Shown piece by piece: positions 52,735-64,000 of a DNA stretch of 64,000 nt. Under the pieces are notes generated by a model that was not told the DNA's origin, searched no databases, and saw only the letters and a list, made by a program, of their open reading frames with translations. How positions within the stretch are numbered: position 1 is the first letter of the stretch; each line of letters begins with the position of its first letter. The stretch comes from Heptranchias perlo (Eukaryota). The stretch is taken from contig NC_090326.1 of assembly GCF_035084215.1 (NCBI RefSeq), forward strand, positions 93,372,001 to 93,436,000. Direction: 5' to 3'. A program made the position numbers and the translations under genes.

Positions 52735-53150
52735 AACATAGGAACAGGAGTAGTCCATTCAGCCCCTCGAGCCCGTACCGCCATTCAATTAGGTCATGGC
52801 TGATCTGTACCTCTACTCCAGTTACCTACCGTTACTCCATATCCCTTGATACCCTTGCCTAACAATAATCTATCAATCTCAGTTTTGAAATTTTCAATTG
52901 ACATAGCATTCACAGTCACAACCTTTTGGGGAGAGAGTTCCAGATTTCTACTACCCTTTGTGTGAAGATTTGCTTTCTGATTTCACTCTAATTTTAAGAT
53001 TACCCCACCAGAAGAAATAGTTTCACTGTATCTACCCTATTGAATCCTTTCATCATTTTAAACACCTTGATTAGATCACCCTCAATCTTCTAAACTCAAG
53101 GGAACACAATCCAAATTTATGCTACCTGTCCTCATAATTTAAGCCTTTGA
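52735..53150 (-). mobile_element. CR1 3' end
   Basis: Reverse complement of a CR1 terminal segment and tail (gaacataggaacaggagtag). Confidence 0.7.
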
Positions 53151-56058
53151 GCTCCACATTTGGATAAAAACATGGACTCTTTTCACTCAAATATATACTT
53201 ATTAAATGTATGAGACCAAACAGCTTCAGAAGAATTTGCCAATAGCAAGAAAACAGGAAGGGTCAAGGAGGGATAATAACTGACCTTCCCATTTGTCTCT
53301 GCAACGGAAGCACCTACCACCAGGTTGGTGGCCTGGGTGCAGGCGATGTCTAAAGTTCTTCTTAAAGCTGCCATATGATCAGACAGCTCTCTCCAAAAAG
53401 AGTTTCTGAGGCACTTCATCCAGCACTTCAACAATCTTGTTCAACTGAGGCAGGTGTGTTCAAGTAACTAACTGGCTGCTCAAATTGAACTGATTCTAAC
53501 CCATAACCTTGCTGTGGCTACTTAATCATAAGCAATTAAAAATTTGAATGAACTAACAAACCTAAAAAGTACATTTCAAGCAACGACAGCTTTATTGTCT
53601 GGAATTTCCTGCATTTTTGCGCAGAGACAAGTGCAATCCAGGCGCAAAGGAAATACAGTAAAGCAAAGCCTGAATGAATCACCGACCATAATAATTGCCC
53701 CCGCTCCCAAGTTACACAGCCTTATACGCGTGTTTCCTGCAAATGCGCTTGCTCAGAGGCTCTCTTCAAATTACGACCAGATTTTCAGAAGCAGCAGGAA
53801 ACAAAGTCATTTATTTTGGTGTTTTATTGCAATTATTTGAGGGATTTTTTTTTTACAATTTATCCTCAGAGACCTGCACTATATTTTCTGCTTCTTTGAA
53901 TGCATTTTTATGGCATCAAATATAAGTCACAATAAAAATGGAAAGCTTCTCCAATTGCAGGTTTTTAAACACTTATGTGCATGAATGTTAGTTAAATGAG
54001 TTGAAACTTTAAATTTCATTCATAAAAAAGGAATATGATGATGTGAGCTTGGTGCTTTCCTTGGGCCCTGATTCTTTACGCTGATTTCCATCCATTTGTA
54101 CATTCAGGCGTATGCTAGTGAATTTTGCAGGAAATCTAAGAGTAACTGGACAGCAGCGTAATGGGTGCAGATATGGGCGTAATTTCGCGAGCAACTTCCA
54201 CGTTGCACCCTCATGGAAATTCCAGGCATTCCATTAATGCTGTTTCTGCTTTAACAGTAAGCTAATAGTTTACTGCTTTACATGCTTGGATGACATGCAG
54301 CATACCTTGCCTTCAGAAAGCAAAATTTATCATTTAGTGTCTAAGTATTAATCATATGAATTTGAATTTTAAAAAAATTTACCCACTTCACATTGTAGAT
54401 GCAAATATTCTTATATTGAAAGGCTAGGTGGGAAGAGGAATATGTAGTGCTGAATATAAGTAGAATATATTTTATTATGCACAGGTTTGTAAATTTTAAG
54501 GTCAGAGCTGATGTCATCAGGTCTAATACTGTATTGTTCTATTCTATATGAGTAATTATATATTGTGACCCATTTGATTTCTTAAAAGAAACGGATTCAA
54601 ATATACTTTATAGAGATGTACATCAGAAAATCACTATCGTACCTCTTTAGATTGCTGGGTCTGCACCATTTTTGAATTAGGGTTAAGCAAAGCAATGTGT
54701 ATGCATACTTAAATGCGAGTTTTTGCTAACTTGAACCCTAACATTTTGCTAACTTGAACCCAAATACCAAAAAAAATTTTTTTAACGTTAGTGAGAAGCT
54801 AGGCTCCTGACAGTTCAGTGAGTAGCTGATCCATATAAGTTAGACAGGTCTCAGGTTTAAACTCCAGTCTGTGCTAAATTAGCTAATCTTAGTGGGGACT
54901 TTCAGTGGGGCTACTGGAATTTGCCTTCATACCACTGCAGGATGTATTAGCCAAGATTCCCACTCCTGGTTACTCTTCGGTGACCCCTACTTTCAGCAAG
55001 TGAAAGTGCACATGTATGGATGTCAGGTGAGCATAGGATTATGCTCCGCTGTGATGCCCCACTGCCATGAACTAGCCTGCCAACAAAGCTCACATGTGAG
55101 TAATTGCCACTTGTTCGAGGTACCAGGGGTGACCAACACCCATGAACCATATCAGCAAGGAGAGGGGAGAAAATTAGTGAGAAAAGAAAAAAAAAGATAG
55201 TGAAGAGTCAACTGTCCTCTTTGCTTCTTACTAACTTTAAAAACAATTCAATTGCTAGCTTTAAAAAGAAGCCTTAAAATTTGCAGACCTATGCATAATA
55301 AGAGGTATCCTGAATTACTTTTAATCAGCACTGCATATATTTCATTTGTTAAAAATGGTCCAACAGACTACCTGGGAACTTTTCAAATTTTTAAATGAAG
55401 TTTAAAAAGTTTGCTTTGCACAGGGTACAGTTATACCTCATCTGGTATAAATGTGCCATTGAGATTGCTTTACATCTGTTACCCAAAGCCAAACTGATGG
55501 CAGTTTGGGTTGAGTTATATTACATGTTTTGCATTGCTGCAATGCCACAACTGCTTTGCTGCAAAGCAAACTGTGCAGTATGACTGGCCTACAGTTTAGA
55601 ATCGAAAATGACTTATACTCTATTCAGATCTCATCTGACTTCAGGTGTAGTTCCTCCATGGAAGCATAAGAACATAAAGTCCAGGGCAGGAACAGGCCAG
55701 CTGGCCCTTCAAGCCCACTCCATCCAGAGTCCATAATGATTATTTTATCATGGAACCTTACACCGCACCCACCTCCCTGCCACTACTACATGTCGATGCT
55801 TATTAAGGGCATGATTTTATCATGGTGGCGGAATGTCAGCGGTGGAGGGGGGGGCATGTGGGAAACCCGGAAAAAAATTTCCTACCTTTTCTCGAGCGAT
55901 TGTGACCTAATTGATGGTCATTAATTTGGCTTCCAGGTTTGGCATCTCCAAGCTGAGTAGCGGGCATACTGCACACGCGGATGACGTGCTGGCAGCTGGA
56001 GTATTTAAAGTGCCATTGCATTAATGGCTTTTGTGGGAGAGAGAAGTCATTGCTGAAA

Positions 56059-57815
56059 ACGGAACAGCAGAGGACCAAGCCGGCGCCAAGGTTCAGTGAC
56101 TCCTCACTTGAGGTGTTGCTGGCCAGGGTGAGGAGGAGGAGGGAGACGCTGTACCTTGCGGACAGAAGGACGCGCCCTGCCTCTGCCACCAAGAAGGCCT
56201 GGCTCGTGGTGGCCGAGGAGGTAACCAGCAGCAGCAACATCTCCTGCAGTTGGGTGCAGTACAGGCAAGTGCTTCAATGACCTAACCAGATCAGGAAAAG
56301 TGAATACAGCTACTGATTCACCTGCATTCTATGGTGCACATCACCCCCCTCACATTCTGCCCTACGAAGCCTACTCCATTGCATCAGTCCTCACACCCAC
56401 TTAAGGCTCATCGTCAACTTACCTTCATTTTCTGTGCACTTTCTCATCTCCCCATTTGTGCACCCACCGCTCCAATCCTGATGCGATGTGATCAATTTGT
56501 TGTGTAGTCATCCTCTGATGCGTCTCTCTCATTGTCAGCCCCATCTAAAGCAATGAATCCATCAGGTGCTCACTCACTCACACATCTGTACCGTCTCCCC
56601 TTGTACGAGAAGAGAGCGCAGAATGTCAGGGAGAGCATGAGGACTGGAGGGGAGCCTCCACAAATCGTGGCCCTCACAGAGGTGGAGGAGGCGGCCTTGG
56701 AGCTTAGTCGGATGGTCGGGTGTCTGGCTGTCGCGAATGCTGAGACTGGCACCCCGCAAACATCTGGTGACAGAACTTTAACATCCATTACACATAACAT
56801 GAATTGATGTTATTAATGATTGACCTGTTGCACACCTCAGTATGCTCATCGCAACAATGCATCTGCGATTCTTTATATTGCTATACGTTCTCTTACAGGC
56901 CCTTCAAGGGGTGAAGAAGTGGTCGAGGACAATTCCTCAGAGGAGCTCCCTGTGAGCGCAGATACTCATACCTTGGTGGGTCCTATTAGTGAGTTAGTTG
57001 GGTTGTCGCCTGGTGAGTCACCACACACAAGTGAGCACGAGCAGACACTGGTGGCAGGGGCAGCTGTGGAGAGTCCACGTCGAAGGGCACACTCATCTCC
57101 AGGCTCTGCTCAGCTGGACACAGATGATGAACCTCGGGGCCATCCTTGAAAAGGAGAATGATCGAGGGATAGCAGCACATTTGCGAGGTACTAGAAAACG
57201 TGCCAAGCACACTCTCCACAACAGCAGAGGATGGAGGAGTGCACCTCCAGCATTAGTGGAACAGGGACACAGGTAAGTGCGTTAATGTCTGCGATGGAGA
57301 GAATGGCAGCTTCCATTGAGCTTCAAGCTCGACTCACAAATGAGTCCATTCAGGCCCTGACAACGGCCATGCAGACTCTGGATGCCAACATGTCTGCCGC
57401 CTTAAACAGGCAGACAGATACTTTAGCCGTGGCCTTACAACGCGTCACAGATCTGCTCCAAGCTGTTGTCCAGCAAAGAAGTGACGTGGCCATGGCCCAG
57501 GAGAGGGATGATGCCGAGAGGGGACAAGGAAATGGGGACGCCATTCAAAGTGCTCCCACGTCTCACCCATTGCTCCCCTCTCAACCAGTACCCGCAATGC
57601 TGCCTCCTTTCCAGATGACCGAGTCTGCCCTTGCACAGGTGCAGGTGGAGCAGTCCTTGGCGGGGCCCTCACAGGCTCCAAAACCCAGACGATGTAGGCC
57701 GAAAGCATCTAAGCACTCAAGGCATGAACCTGAGCAACCTGCCACTATCTCTGCTGCAGCCACAGGGGATGTACCATGTAGAAGTAGTAGGAAGAGAAAG
57801 GCTAAGGTTTTGTAA
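56059..57815 (+). pseudogene. Harbinger Myb/SANT-like DNA-binding protein gene (about 3 exons, disrupted)
   Basis: (ACG)EQQRTKPAPRFSDSSLEVLLARVRRRRETL...KKAWLVVAEEV, then EKRAQNVRESMRTGGEPP, ending in a basic tail RSSRKRKAKVL*. The start is ACG where the 11444 paralog has ATG; frameshifts are present. Confidence 0.8.
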
Positions 57816-57944
57816 TCATGCTGGGTATGCACAAGGGTGTCTGACAGACAGTTATGTTTTTCATTTATATTTGGTTTTTGTTAAATGCACATTAAATCTT
57901 ATATTTCTCACCACCACTGCCAGGTCTTCACTTTGCAGATCTCC

Positions 57945-59165
57945 TTATGAGAATCTATCAAATATGAGTGACTCCCTGGCATCATGAGCAGCCAGGTGAG
58001 CCACTGCTCTGCCGATGGGTTGCCCATTGTCCTCTTTCTCAATGTTGATGGCAGATGCAGATGCTTCATGAGCGCATGGGACCTTATCTACCGGTAACCC
58101 TCTCGGGATCTTATCCATTGGTAACCCTCTCTGTCGAGTAATATTGTGCAGGATGCAACAGATGACTATTATTCTATACACACTTGCTGGTGCGTACTGA
58201 AGGGCTCTCCCAGATCAATCCAGGCACTGGAAGCACATCTTGAGCAGACCTATGGCATGTTCAATGACAGACCTGGTGGTGATGTGACTGTTGTTGTACG
58301 GGTGCTTTGCCTCGCTGGTGGGGTTTCTCAAAGGTGTTATGAGCCACGTCAGCAGGGGGTATCCCTTGTCTCCAAGGAGCCAGCCCTTAAATCTGTTTTG
58401 TGCATGGAATTGGACCGGGATGTTGGATTCGCGCAGAATGAAGGATTCATGGCAGCTGCCACGGAATTTGGCACACACTTGCAGAAATCTCGTCTGGTGA
58501 TCGCAAACCAGCTGCGCGTTGATGGAGTGATATCCCCTTCGGTTGATGAACAGTCCTGGCTCGTTTGGAGGTGCTCAGATTGCTACGTGTGTGCAATCAA
58601 TTGCACCCTGTACCCGTAGGAAGCCAGCCAGAGAGTGGAAACCCCACTGCCCTCTAAGTCTGGCTGATGTCGTCAATGGGACAATTGATGTAGTGGGATG
58701 CCCTGACAAACAAGCCATCTGTGACCTGTCGTATACATTTATGTGCAGACTGAGAGACCGCGGCAATGTTACCGGTGGCACCCTGGAAGGATCTGGAGGC
58801 GAAGAAATTGAGGGCAGTGGTGACTTTAACTGCCACGTGCAATGCGTTGCCACCAGGCCCATCCGGGAGCAGCTCTGCATGAAGGAACATGCAGAAGTCT
58901 GCGATCTCCTGGTGATTCACTCTGAGGCTTCGTAGGCACTGCACCTCAGAGAGGACCAGGAAGCTCAGTCTCTGCCTGTAGACCCTTTCACATGGATAGT
59001 GCCTCCTGCGATGTTGGCCCCTTCGTTCTTCCCCTCTCTGCTCTTCTGCAGGTCCTTGTGGCACACCTCTGCCTTGTGCACCTGCAAGTCCCAGAGAACT
59101 GCATGCCGTGCCTGCCGCAGATGCTGTTGTGCCTCCTCCTCAGATGTACTACTGAATACAATCAT
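57945..59165 (-). pseudogene. HARBI1-like Harbinger DDE transposase, frameshifted
   Basis: VTTALNFFAS.SFQ, VQGAIDCTHVAI, WLLGDKGYPL, YN.SH..TRSVIE.AIGLLK..F.CL and CCILHNI motifs spread over several frames. Confidence 0.9.
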
Positions 59166-59924
59166 CGCGCAACCCCCCCCATCCTGATGTTGTCAGTTTG
59201 AAGGGGTCCAAAATGTAGGTAAATAAGTGAACACAAGAATTCTGAGTGTGAAAAAAGAAATCTGAGTCTAAACACAAAGAACTCCCAGCCAAAGGTTTAT
59301 CTGAGAGAACTGCTTGCCCTGCTGCAAAAACTCACCTTTTATCCCCATCTGTCAAACACTGATTTAAATGCCCAAATGGCTGCTGGTTGCAATTCGCCTC
59401 CGTTTCCATGGCGTGTTTCAGAGGCCATAGGAAACATGTTGAGGCAGAGTTAAAGTATTTTCTCTGCCTCAATACACATAAAATGAAATACTTCAACAAC
59501 TTTAACTCTCTTAATTACTGCTTTAAATATCGGCCCGCTGGCGGCTTCCTGAAGCATGCGCGCACTCAGATGCGTCTGGGTCGAATGCGGAAGTCGGCAG
59601 CTTGGAGTCGGGATTCGTTCCTTCTCCAGAATTCTACGATTTTGATTGCACCTCCCCGCCCCCAACCCACTAGATCTTGGGGGCTAAAATTATGCCCTTA
59701 ATTTCTTCCTCTAATTTGAGTGTGTGGATGAATCCTCTACTGTGTTCGAACCTATTTTCCATGCCATAATGCATTTTTAGTATAAAGTAGAATATATTGA
59801 CAATATACCAATTGTTATTATACTATCATCAATTTTAGACTTCTTGGCACTTTCATCCTGGAGGGTCATAAAAGTTTCAACTGCATTTCAACATAGATTT
59901 CTGCATGAGCAGAGGTAGAAACTA

Positions 59925-61915
59925 GCAACAACTTGCATTTGTATAGTGCTCCTTAAAAAAGAATCCCTGACCAGTTAACAGAAGTGAACAACAAGCAGGA
60001 GGCAAAAAATGAGACACAATTAAGTTAAGAGGTGGAAACAAAAGAGCAGTTGAAGAAAATAAGTCTTCAGTAGCCTTTTGAAAGTGGGGAAGGAGGCTGT
60101 ATGACAGATTTTACGAGATAGTTCCATAGGCATGGTGGTTGAAAGAGTATGGTGGAGCGAAGAGGCCAGGGAAATGCAGTAGACCAGTGTCACAGGAGCA
60201 TGGAGTGCAAACAGGGACATAGGGCTTAAGGAAGTCACTAATGTATGCTAAGGCAAGGCCATGGAGGAATTTGAAGGTGAGGATAAGCGTCGTGGAATTG
60301 ATTCATGGGGCACAGGATCCAGTGGAGCACGATGGGGACTGGAGTAATGGAAGTGTGGAGCTTTGAGTGGGGAAAAAGCATGCGTAGCAACATTCTGAAT
60401 AAGTTGCAGTTTGTAGAGGTTGGCTGAAAGAGCACTAGAGTCGTCAAGTCTCGAGGTAAGAACGTCACAGATTTGAGTCTTGGCAGCAGCAGAGAAGAGG
60501 TAGAAGTGGAGGCAGAGGCGGGTAACCTTGCAAGGATTGAAGGTAGCTTTCTAGCTGATAGAGTCAAAGGATCAAGCAGCATACTCAGATTCACAGGACT
60601 TTGTCTAAAGGTTTCAACTGAAGAAGGTGACGGAGTTAAGGACTGAAGCACGTAATTGTTGATAAGAGCCAAAAAAGGATTGCTTTGACTTCACCACATA
60701 TCCTAGGCTGACGTTTCAGTGCAGGATGTGGAGATGCTGGTGATGGACTGGGGTGGACAAATGTAAGGAATCTTACAACACCAGGTTATAGTCCAACAGT
60801 TTTATTTGAAAATCACAAGCTTTCGGAGCTTACCTCAGACACCTAACGAAGGAGGTAAGCTCCGAAAGCTTGTGATTTTCAAATAAAACCGTTGGACTAT
60901 AACCTGGTGTTGTAAGATTCCTTACATTTCAGTGCAGGACTGAGAAAGTGCTACGCTATCAGAAGTGCTGACTTTTGGATCAGATATTAAAATCAAGACC
61001 CCATCTGCTTGTTCAAGGAGATGTAAATGATTCCGTGGCACTACTCAAAATAGAGCAGGGAGTTCTCCCAGTAAGTTGGCCAATATTTATTCCTCAACCA
61101 ACAAGACTAAATAAAAGCTATGAGATCATTCATTCATTTGCTGTTTGTGAGTCTTTGCTGTGCACAAATTGGCTGCTGTTTTTGCCTACATAACAACAGT
61201 GACTGAACTTCAAAAGTAATCCACTGGCTATAAAGCGCTTCAGGATGTCCTGATGATGTGATAAAGCGCTATAATACAAACGCAAGTTCTTTTTTTCATT
61301 TCACCTTCATTCAGAAATTAACATCAGACAGGAAGTATCGAGAACAGACTTAGAATCAAAAGAGGAGATAGAAAGGTAAAGCTGTTTGTTGTCAACATAC
61401 ATACTGAACCTGATTCAGTGCTTCTAAATGATGTCACCAAGGGGGTTAGCGTATAGACAATGAGCAAGTGGGGACAATGGATGGAGCTCTTGGCTACATC
61501 AGCAGTGACCATTCAGGGACAGGAGGACGATCCATTGGATGATTTGTAGTATCCTCATTGGGACAGGTATGAATGGAATCATAAGTGAACAGTGCCATGA
61601 TGGTGCACTGCCAAGGAGGAAAGAATGACCATCAGTGTCAAAGACAGCAGAGAGGATGCCATTAGTGACTTTGACAATAGCAGTGTCTGTGCTGTGGGGA
61701 GGGCAGAAACAAGGAGTGACATGAGAAGTGACGTGTTATTGTGAAACAACAGCATCTTCTAGGACTTTGGAGAGAAAGGATAAATTTGAGATAGGGTGGT
61801 ATTTAGAGACGGTGGAGGGGTTTAAGGTGAGTTTTTTGAGGAGGGTGGTGATGATGGCTGTCTTGAAAAAGGGAGGGATGATGTCAGAGGATAGAAATAG
61901 GTTGACCACAAGTAA
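59925..61915. mobile_element. Old L2 fragments (-) interrupted by a Deu-type SINE (+, ~60700-61290)
   Basis: Minus ORF FKTAIITTLLKK.TLNPS..SKYHPISNLSFLSKVLE; SINE Deu core and aagcgctat tail. Confidence 0.7.
60727..60929. mobile_element. Palindromic (hairpin) element with hammerhead-like core and a 13-16 bp TSD
   Basis: 60759-60929 is a near-perfect inverted repeat; ac[g/a]tttcagtgcagga occurs at 60711-60726 and 60924-60939. Confidence 0.85.
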
Positions 61916-62549
61916 GGTACTTCTACAAGAAAGGTAACAAGAACGGCAAAGCACACTGGACACCATCATGCATTCTCTAGTTTTTGGCTGAAGAACAGCA
62001 CTAGTAAATGCCTGGGGAAGAGATTGTATTGTGGACCCAAAAGATGGGTGAGAAAAGATATTAAAATGAGGTCCCCCAGTACAGTTTAATATACAAGGAT
62101 TGAGACATTACCAATTTAGAGTATAATACATAGAAACAGAAAATAATTCTTTCATTGCTATTGATCGTGGAATTGGGAAAGTAACACTTGAGAATTACAA
62201 TCATTTTGTTCCCAAAATGAATAACTAGTTATGCGTACTTTCCTAGAATGCACTTTCAGCTTCAAGATAGTGCAATACAAGATTTAAAATATCCAATAAT
62301 GGTTACAGGCTGTATCATACTGAACTATCTGTTCTCTAATCCAACATCTAAACAGCATGACTACAATTCAGCCACATTCCACGCCAAATTTAAGTGAAAA
62401 GTAGAAAAGAAAGGGATTTTGTTCCATCAGAGATCTTTTGTTTCTTATTTTAGATTAAAGATCAGTGGTATCTTGCCAGCTTTGCATCACTTTTTTTGTA
62501 GGTTTTGACAATATGAATGCAAAAATGCTTCTACGTTCTTAATAATAAT

Positions 62550-62712
62550 GTAGCACTTTCTCAGTCCTGCATGGAAATGTCAGCCTAGGATATGTGGTGA
62601 AGTCAAAGCAATCCTTTTTTGGCTCTCATCAACAATTACGTGCTTCGGTCCTTAATTCCGTCACCTTCTTCAGTTGAAACCTTTAGACGAAGTCCTATGA
62701 ATCTGAGTATGC
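62550..62712 (-). repeat. Inverted local duplicate of 60579-60954 lacking the hairpin insertion
   Basis: The reverse complement aligns to 60579-60726 and continues directly into 60940-60954. Confidence 0.85.
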
Positions 62713-64000
62713 ATAGTGGTTATGTTACTGGACTAGTAAATCCAGAGGCCTAGACTAATAATCCGGAGTCATGAGTTCAAATCCCACCACGGCAGCTGGG
62801 GAATTTAAATTCAATTAATTAAATTCAATTAGTAAAATAAAAGCTGGAATTAAAATACCAATATCAGTAACGGTGGCCATGAAACTACCGGATTGTCATA
62901 AGAACCCATTTGGTTCACTAATGCCCTTTAGGGAAGGAAACCTGCACTCCTTACCCGGTCTGGCCTATATGTGACTCCAGACCCATAGCAATGTGGTTGA
63001 TTCTTAATTGCCCTCTGAAATGGCCTAGCAAGCCACTCAGTTGAAAAATCTCGCAAAAAAAAGTCATAATAAAAATAAAACCGGACGGACCACCCAGCAT
63101 CGGAGCACGAGGCACCGGACATGACAAAGGCAAACCAAGCCCAGTCGACCCTGAAAAGTCCTCCTCACTAACATCTGGGGACTTGTGCCAAAATTGGGAG
63201 AGCTGTCCCACAGACTAGTCAAGCAACAGCTTGACATAGCCATATTCACAGAATCATACCTTTCAGCCAACATCCCAAACTCTTCCATCACCATCCCTGG
63301 GTATGTCCTGTCCCACCGACAGGACAGACCGACCAGAGGTGGCGGTACAGTGATATACAGTCAGGAGGGAGTGGCCCTGGGAGTCCTCAACATTGACTCT
63401 GGATCCCATGAAATCTCATGGCATCAGGTTAAACATGGGCAAGGAAACCTCCTGCTGAATACCACCTACCACCCTCCCTCAGCTGATGAATCAGTCCTCC
63501 ACCATGTTGAACACCACTTGGAGGAAGCACTGAGGGCAGCAAGGGCACAGAATGTACTCTGGGTGGGGGACTTCAATGTCCATCACCAAGAGTGGCTCGG
63601 TAGCACCACTACTGACTGAGCTGGCCGAGTCCTGAAGGACATAGCTGCTAGACTGGGCCTGTGGCAGGTGGTGAGCGAACCAACATGAGGGAAAAACTTA
63701 CTTGACCTCGTCCTCACCAATCTACCCGTCGCAAATGCATCTGTCCATGACAGTATTGGTAGGAGTGACCACCGCACAGTCCTCGTGGAGACGAAGTCCC
63801 ATCTTCGCACTGAGGACACCATCCAACGTGTTGTGTGGCACTACCACTGAGCTAAATGGGATAGATTCAGAACCGATCTAGCAGCTCAAAACTGGGCATC
63901 CATGAGGCGCTGTGGGCCATCAACAGCAGCAGAATTGTATTCCAGCACAATCTGTAACCTCATGGCCCGGCATATTCCTCATTCTACCATTACCAGCAAG
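62713..64000 (+). mobile_element. 5' end of a LINE: tRNA/SINE-like head followed by an APE endonuclease ORF with stops; runs off the window end
   Basis: NIWGLVPKLGEL...DIAIFTESYL, RGGGTVIY, VGDFNVHH, LDLVLTN and SDH motifs; head with an A-box-like catagtggttatg and a B-box gagttcaaatcc. Confidence 0.85.

Larger units (their letters stand above)
55807..59697. mobile_element. Full-length degenerate PIF/Harbinger transposon with convergent Myb/SANT gene (+) and DDE transposase (-)
   Basis: TIRs gggcatgatttta / taaaattatgccc (12/13), TTAA on both flanks, and two internal genes. Confidence 0.9.

Noticed and set aside
57231-57815. 194-aa coiled-coil ORF as a novel host gene
   Set aside because: It is the C-terminal part of the disrupted Harbinger Myb gene within the TIRs.

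Overview
Vertebrate genomic DNA. The repeat content (CR1 and L2 LINEs, Deu-domain SINEs, hammerhead-bearing Penelope-type repeats, Harbinger DNA transposons) points to a cartilaginous fish, probably a shark. Two host genes face each other tail-to-tail. (1) On the + strand is a paraoxonase (PON2-like) gene. Exons 2-9 lie at 6838-32675, exons 2-8 have the human PON2 sizes, and exon 1 was not found. Its last exon carries an apparent 14-nt deletion that gives an immediate TAA, and two conserved active-site/Ca-site residues are substituted (D169G and H285C, PON1 numbering), so this may be a decaying PON. (2) On the - strand is the 3' end of PPP1R9A/neurabin-1: the SAM-domain and terminal exons, a conserved 24-nt microexon and a ~4.2 kb TE-free 3' UTR. 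The PON-PPP1R9A arrangement matches human 7q21. The introns contain a full-length degenerate two-gene Harbinger element, a deleted Harbinger whose end sits at the PON exon 4 branch-point position, young near-identical LINE copies, a LINE with a tRNA/SINE-like 5' head, two hairpin elements with minimal hammerhead ribozyme cores, a local inverted duplication that preserves a pre-insertion empty site, and a 180-bp direct repeat bracketing the microexon. Almost all listed ORFs are LINE or transposon fragments or spurious.
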